DNA of 32,000 nucleotides from Nanobdella aerobiophila (GTDB lineage: Archaea > Nanobdellota > Nanobdellia > Nanobdellales > Nanobdellaceae). The stretch spans positions 30,001-62,000 of the forward strand of contig NZ_AP019769.1 of NCBI RefSeq assembly GCF_023169545.1, written 5' to 3'. Numbering within the stretch: the first letter of the stretch is position 1; each line of letters begins with the position of its first letter. Position numbers and translations under genes: made by a program. Below the pieces are notes generated by a model, which made no database searches, was not told the origin of the DNA, and saw only the letters and a program-made list of their open reading frames with translations. Shown in pieces: positions 27,215-32,000 of this stretch.

Positions 27215-27926
27215 TTTAAATATTTGTATATAAATTTTATAATTTATTATTATCTAGTAACCAAAAAACTTTATATTTACCAAAAGCGTATTATAATATG
27301 TCCAATTATTTTTATAGAAAATTTTATATAAAAGATATATAAAGAAAAAATCTATCAATATTATAAAAACCTATAAATTTAATTACTTATCAATAAGAAA
27401 TTTTATATAAAGTCTTTTATCTAGTTATATGATTATATGATATATTTTTACTTTTATAGCTTCTATAATTTATTTCTAATATATAGTAATAATCTATAGG
27501 AGAATTACATTTTATATTTGTAATAGAAGATTTAATTTGATTTCCAGGATATTATATTATCATTTTGGCAATCAATATAATATAGATTATATTATATTCT
27601 GGATACAGATATGATCTGAAGAATTATAGTTTAATATATTAATTATACAATCTTTCATATTTATTGAATTAAGTTCATTAGTGTAAATAATAAAGTATTA
27701 TTATCATTCAATATTTGTAATAGAAAAATGAGTAGATTTTGCAGGATCAAAGGTGTAATAGAACTTCTATTTTAATTGTTATAAGAATTATTATTCATCT
27801 TTTTATAATTTCCATTAGTTGCTAATTTAATTGATCTAAAAGATATGTGGTTTTCTTGAAAATATAAAAAATAATTTTGCTTTATTAATTTCTTTCAAAT
27901 AATAATACTAATTTGTTCTATATATA

Positions 27927-28001
27927 TGGACCCGGGGGGATTCGAACCCCCGATCTCCTGGACCGCGACCAGGAATTTTATCCATGCTAGACTACGGGTC
28001 C
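27927..28001 (-). tRNA. tRNA-Arg-like gene (anticodon GCG by position) with atypical D stem and C33
   Basis: Reverse complement: GGACCCG TA GTCTAGCATGGATAAAATT CCTGG TCGCGGT CCAGG AGATC GGGGG TTCGAAT CCCCC CGGGTCC A. Acceptor, anticodon and T stems are perfect. Confidence 0.78.
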
Positions 28002-28477
28002 AATTTTGGTAGTACTAATTCTCCATATTTCTTGTATTTATTATTTATATAAAATAATCCGGATAAAAAGGCTAGATATGCATCATAAATATCTTTATAT
28101 CTAAATATATGATCAAAATATTCGTATTTTAATTTTAATATTTTTTCTACTGCTCTAGGAAATGTTTCAATAAATTTTATATCTTTTAATTGGCCCATAA
28201 TATAGTTTGTTCTCTCATAAAGAGCTTTCATAGATTTTATAGATAATGGTAATGGTTTAAACCCTTCTTTATATAATAATCTCTCTTCAATCCTATATGG
28301 ATATTCATAACTTACTGGTGCATCAATAAATACAAATTTAAATCCTACTTCTTTTATTAGATTGATTATATCTTTATCTTTATGAAGTATACCATAGTTT
28401 ACATTATCTTTTATATAAAAGTAACCTGTTTTATTTTTTTCCTTTGCAGATAGATCCAATCCTAATATATTATCCAT
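27992..28477 (-). CDS. Predicted RNase H-like nuclease, DUF429-like
   Basis: 161 aa; ILGLDLSAKEKNKTGYFYI, FVFIDAPVSYE, FIETFPRAV, DIYDAYLAFLSG; its stop lies inside the tRNA gene. Confidence 0.65.
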   Translation of the reverse strand: MDNILGLDLSAKEKNKTGYFYIKDNVNYGILHKDKDIINLIKEVGFKFVFIDAPVSYEYPYRIEERLLYKEGFKPLPLSIKSMKALYERTNYIMGQLKDIKFIETFPRAVEKILKLKYEYFDHIFRYKDIYDAYLAFLSGLFYINNKYKKYGELVLPKLDP

Positions 28478-29069
28478 ATTTAAATTTATATGAGGTATCC
28501 CAATAATCTTTGTAATAATCCATCCTATCTAGATAATAATTTAATATCATTATAACTTGAGAAGAAAAATAATTTATATCACCTAAAGATATTTGAATTA
28601 CCATATCCTTTATTTCTTTTTTTATTTCTTTTGGTATCCCTAAAAAGTCTCCTATAATAAATACAGGATTTTTTATTTCTACATCTTCTATATATTCACC
28701 TTTCCTATCTAGCAAATATATATTATTTTCTTTATAGCTATTTAGTAGGTCTATAAATCTTATTTTATCTACATAAATTCCCGGAAATGGATTTTTTATT
28801 TTTTTCTTATTAAATTTTATTAAAGATAATGATAATAACTTTAAAATATCTTTTTTCGACCATGGAGTATTAATATTAGATTCTATTTTTATTAGCCTAT
28901 AATCGCTATTATTAATAAATAAGTTAAAATTTATGTGCTTTCTTATTCCATTAGATATAAAAAAAGCATGTATTATAGAATTTATTGCAATATCTATTCT
29001 GTTAGTATGGATATCATTAAAATTACCATTTATATTTATGGTGTTAGAATAAAAAATAAAATTTCTCAT
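28470..29069 (-). CDS. trmY: tRNA pseudouridine(54) N1-methyltransferase, TrmY family (SPOUT)
   Basis: 199 aa; MRNFIFYSNT..., TNRIDIAINSIIHAFF, FPGIYVDKIRFIDLL, FIIGDFLGIPKEI, ISLGDINYFSSQVIMILNYYLDR. Confidence 0.85.
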   Translation of the reverse strand: MRNFIFYSNTININGNFNDIHTNRIDIAINSIIHAFFISNGIRKHINFNLFINNSDYRLIKIESNINTPWSKKDILKLLSLSLIKFNKKKIKNPFPGIYVDKIRFIDLLNSYKENNIYLLDRKGEYIEDVEIKNPVFIIGDFLGIPKEIKKEIKDMVIQISLGDINYFSSQVIMILNYYLDRMDYYKDYWDTSYKFKYG

Positions 29070-29761
29070 TGATTATACCCTCCATCTACAGGTATAACCA
29101 CTCCATTTATCCATTCTGCTTCTTCTGTAAACAACCAAGATGCTACTACTGCTATATCTTCCGGAGTTCCACGAGGTTCTCCTATCTTTCTTAATTTTTT
29201 ATAGTCCCTTTCGGGTTCAAAATCGCCTTCCATAGTCCCCGGAGCGATCCCCACGACCCTAATATTTTTATCTATTAATTCTGATGATAATATATCAACT
29301 AATTTTGCATTAGCAGCTTTTGAGATACTATATGAAAGATTTTCTTTTATCTTTCCTCTATTAAGTATATAGGAATTTGAAACTAATAATATTGTAGAAT
29401 TATTTCTTAAGGAGTCTAGTAACTCATTTATAATATATATAGGATATTTTATATTATTATTTATTAGTTCGTCAATATTGCCAATATTATATATATTGTC
29501 TTCGAAATACCCACCTATTGATATAGCTATTCCGTCTATATTTCCTATTTTTTCTTTTACATATTTTATTGCCTCTCTAGACCCTACATCAGCATCTATT
29601 ATTTCTATATTACCGTACTTTGATAATTTCGCCTTTATTTCCTCTAGTTTTAATCTATTTCTTGAAACCAATACAACATCAAAATTCCTTTTTAATAAGA
29701 AATATGCCAATGCATAACCAAAACCTTTACTTACACCTATAATTAATATTTTCTTATTCAT
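29066..29761 (-). CDS. Short-chain dehydrogenase/reductase family protein
   Basis: 231 aa; Rossmann ILIIGVSKGFGYALAYFL, YSISKAANAKLVDILSSEL active-site motif, VVGIAPGTMEGDFEP, WINGVVIPVDGG. Confidence 0.92.
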   Translation of the reverse strand: MNKKILIIGVSKGFGYALAYFLLKRNFDVVLVSRNRLKLEEIKAKLSKYGNIEIIDADVGSREAIKYVKEKIGNIDGIAISIGGYFEDNIYNIGNIDELINNNIKYPIYIINELLDSLRNNSTILLVSNSYILNRGKIKENLSYSISKAANAKLVDILSSELIDKNIRVVGIAPGTMEGDFEPERDYKKLRKIGEPRGTPEDIAVVASWLFTEEAEWINGVVIPVDGGYNQ

Positions 29762-29849
29762 AATAATATCATATTAAAAAAACCTAAATTTATTTTGTTA
29801 ATTTTTTCTTTTGAATCTCTATAATATGAAGAAGTGATTGCTAATGATA

Positions 29850-30397
29850 TAAAAATAATTGATAAACGAGTAGATGAAATCAAAAACGTTATTATCTTCA
29901 AGGACTTCCATATGTAGATAAGATTTGCAGGTAAATTGTGATGGTATAGTAAGCAAAGATTATATATGATGAGGCAATGAATCATCGTTAAGTTGAGCAA
30001 ACAAGACTGGTAAGAAGGAGTAAATACATCGTCCAAGGTGAGAAAAGTTAAAACATCTAATGGAAACAAGATAGCCTACATAGGCTTAGGTATCAATCTA
30101 TTAGCAAGTGTAGTAGTTAATGATGAGACTTGATTGTTATATAAGGGAGTTGATCTAAAGAAGATTACTTCTATTTCCAGAAGAAATAGTTAAAGTACAG
30201 TCATTAGCTGACAAATCAAAGAATATCGAATAAAGGTATTTGAGGTTGTTGAATATAATATCTTAAAGGGTGTCATTAACTGTGCTAAGGGAAATAAACT
30301 ACACAGCAATCTAAACGGTGCATTGAACATCTTGAAGAAAGCAAGAAACATAATGGATTTTAATAATTTAACTAGTAGCACCCGTAAAAGAGTGTAA
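29850..30397 (+). pseudogene. Decayed TnpB (IS200/IS605 or IS607-family accessory nuclease) relic; left boundary approximate
   Basis: One frame reads ...KVKTSNGNKIAYIGLGINLLASVVVNDET*LLYKGVDLKKITSISRRNS*STVIS*QIKEYR...KLHSNLNGALNILKKARNIMDFNNLTSSTRKRV*: TnpB-like GxGINxLASVVVND and terminal NGALNIL motifs with internal stops. Confidence 0.8.
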
Positions 30398-30715
30398 CTC
30401 TTTAGATCCCGGGAAAACCATCGTCCTTTATGGGGGCAGTCTGTAGCAAATACAATAAAGCCTATATTAAATACTCTTGCTTAAGTATATATCTCCAATT
30501 TTCCAAATAAAGGAGAAAAAGAAATCAATAACAATAAATATACCAATATTATCCATATATAACAAAATATAGAAACATTCAAATATCTAGATATTGTAGA
30601 TAAAGCTAAAATAACTTTTTATATAGCGCTCATTAGAGTTCCAAGTAATATAATTATTAATATTCGTTTTTATAATTAATTAAAATTTTTAATTAGAAAA
30701 GTCTATTTAAGTATA

Positions 30716-31300
30716 ATGCTAATTCTAGTTACCGGGGTACCTGGTGTTGGAAAAACATCTATAATTAAGGAAGGAATCAAATATATTAAATATAATTTTA
30801 ATATATTAAGCCTTGGAGATATAATATTAGATATTGCTAAAAAAAATTATAATATAAATAATAGAGATGAAATAAGAAAAAAATTATCAATAAAAGATCA
30901 ATTAAATTTACAGATGGAAGCAATGAAATATGTAAAAGATATAGAAAAAAATGAAAATATTATATTGGATACACATCTAGTTATAGAATCCTATGCAGGT
31001 TTCGTACCTGGTATTATTAGAACATTTGCGGATATATTGAGGCCAAATGGCATTGTAGTTATAACTTCAGATCCTGATAAAATATTCTTGAGAAGATTAA
31101 AGGATATGGAGATTAGAGGAAGAGATATAGAGAACCTAAAGAGAATAGAGATTCAACAAAATCTAACAATATATTTTACTACGGTATTTATGTTCGAATA
31201 TCATACAGTAGTAGAGATAATAAATAATGAAGAAGGATTATTAGATATATCATCTAAGAAATTTGCAGAATTTATTAACAAATTAATTGGTAATGAATAA
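30716..31300 (+). CDS. adkA: Archaeal adenylate kinase
   Basis: 194 aa; LILVTGVPGVGKTSI P-loop, LSLGDIILDIAKK, NIILDTHLVIESYAGFVPGI, DPDKIFLRRLKD. Confidence 0.88.
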   Translation: MLILVTGVPGVGKTSIIKEGIKYIKYNFNILSLGDIILDIAKKNYNINNRDEIRKKLSIKDQLNLQMEAMKYVKDIEKNENIILDTHLVIESYAGFVPGIIRTFADILRPNGIVVITSDPDKIFLRRLKDMEIRGRDIENLKRIEIQQNLTIYFTTVFMFEYHTVVEIINNEEGLLDISSKKFAEFINKLIGNE

Positions 31301-32000
31301 AAAAATATTTTTTATCTTAATAATTTTATTATTATCAAAATATATAAACTCTCAGTCTCTCTTTAATATCCCAATCTACCCAGCTCCAGATTCCTTTTTT
31401 AATTTACAACCTTTATCCTCTTCTAATAGCTTACCGGGATATTTATCTGTTTATGATATACAATATATACCTTCCAATAATTACGAAATAGCTACTTTTA
31501 CAATCAATCAAAGTTCAAATTATTATATATATTTTAATATGACTTATCCAGTTAATATAAATATTTATAATTCAAATAAACAATTATTATATAATCAATC
31601 AGGATCAAATATATTTTCTAGTATAAATTTAAGCCCAGGAACATATAATATGGAAGTATATAACTATAATAATCAGAGTACAACTGGTGAAGCTATATCT
31701 TATGTATTAAATTCTTCAAGTTTTTCTCAAGGAGTATATTTACCATACGGGATATCTAATCTAGGATTTGCATTTATAAACAATTCTGTTTATGAGTATA
31801 ATTATAGTACGAATCAATTTGTTGGATATATTAATTTGCAGAGTTTGCAAGATTATATAAATAATTATTGTCCTGTTAGTAATAATATACAGCAATATTA
31901 TGAAAATAATAATATAACAGGATCTGGAATTTCAATCCAACTGAATTCTATGCTTTACATTGAAACGGATTCTGGATCAAATCAATTATACTTCCTTCAG
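31293..32000 (+). CDS. Secreted/surface protein, N-terminal part; continues past the window end
   Basis: ATG at 31293 overlaps the adkA end; 236 codons open to the window edge: MNKKIFFILIILLLSKYINSQSLFNIPIYPAPDSFFNLQPL...; signal-peptide-like start, Asn/Tyr/Ser-rich. Confidence 0.75.
   Translation, partial: MNKKIFFILIILLLSKYINSQSLFNIPIYPAPDSFFNLQPLSSSNSLPGYLSVYDIQYIPSNNYEIATFTINQSSNYYIYFNMTYPVNINIYNSNKQLLYNQSGSNIFSSINLSPGTYNMEVYNYNNQSTTGEAISYVLNSSSFSQGVYLPYGISNLGFAFINNSVYEYNYSTNQFVGYINLQSLQDYINNYCPVSNNIQQYYENNNITGSGISIQLNSMLYIETDSGSNQLYFLQ

Noticed and set aside
27927-28001. Intron-containing or split tRNA interpretation of the atypical tRNA-Arg
   Set aside because: The anticodon loop is exactly 7 nt, the gene totals 75 nt, and all outer stems pair in a single contiguous gene; no extra sequence is available for an intron.
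18044-29717. Track ORFs 18044-18301 (-), 18716-18973 (-), 22597-22791 (+), 22827-23075 (+), 23289-23522 (+), 26853-27044 (+) and 29478-29717 (+)
   Set aside because: Each is largely antisense to a longer ORF, most with recognised family motifs.
29758-30381. Track ORFs 29758-30069 (-) and 30190-30381 (-) as real small proteins
   Set aside because: They are antisense to, or overlap, the TnpB relic and show no motifs; the plus-strand reading carries the recognisable homology.

Overview
This 32-kb window is extremely AT-rich archaeal DNA. The gene content (Nop5/fibrillarin, RpoF/DUF655/L21e, Taw3, archaeal DnaG, FBP aldolase/phosphatase, L12, COG1340 coiled-coil, intact AlaRS, TrmY, archaeal adenylate kinase) and the compact, overlapping layout suggest a small-genome, possibly DPANN-type archaeon; the taxon is inference only. 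Three accessory regions stand out. (1) About 4-15.2 kb is a cell-surface island of membrane-anchored proteins with Asn/Tyr/Ser/Gln-rich ectodomains. Many are joined by 1-4 nt start/stop overlaps, and two short single-TM ORFs are missing from the supplied track. (2) 23.57-26.49 kb holds four tandem MNT/HEPN pairs whose inter-pair junctions carry an apparently identical ~215-nt 'seam' (HEPN 3' end plus MNT 5' end including its catalytic motif), while the cognate MNT C-terminal/HEPN N-terminal cassettes between seams differ strongly. A 33-nt seam vestige lies upstream of the first gene, and an ABC transporter follows only 10 nt downstream. This is the best candidate here for an undescribed modular system. 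(3) 29.85-30.45 kb holds a decayed TnpB relic with a possible guide-RNA/end hairpin. Two tRNA genes were found: tRNA-Leu(TAG), and a structurally atypical tRNA-Arg(GCG)-like gene that overlaps the upstream ORF stop codon. All family calls are from motif recognition without database searches.
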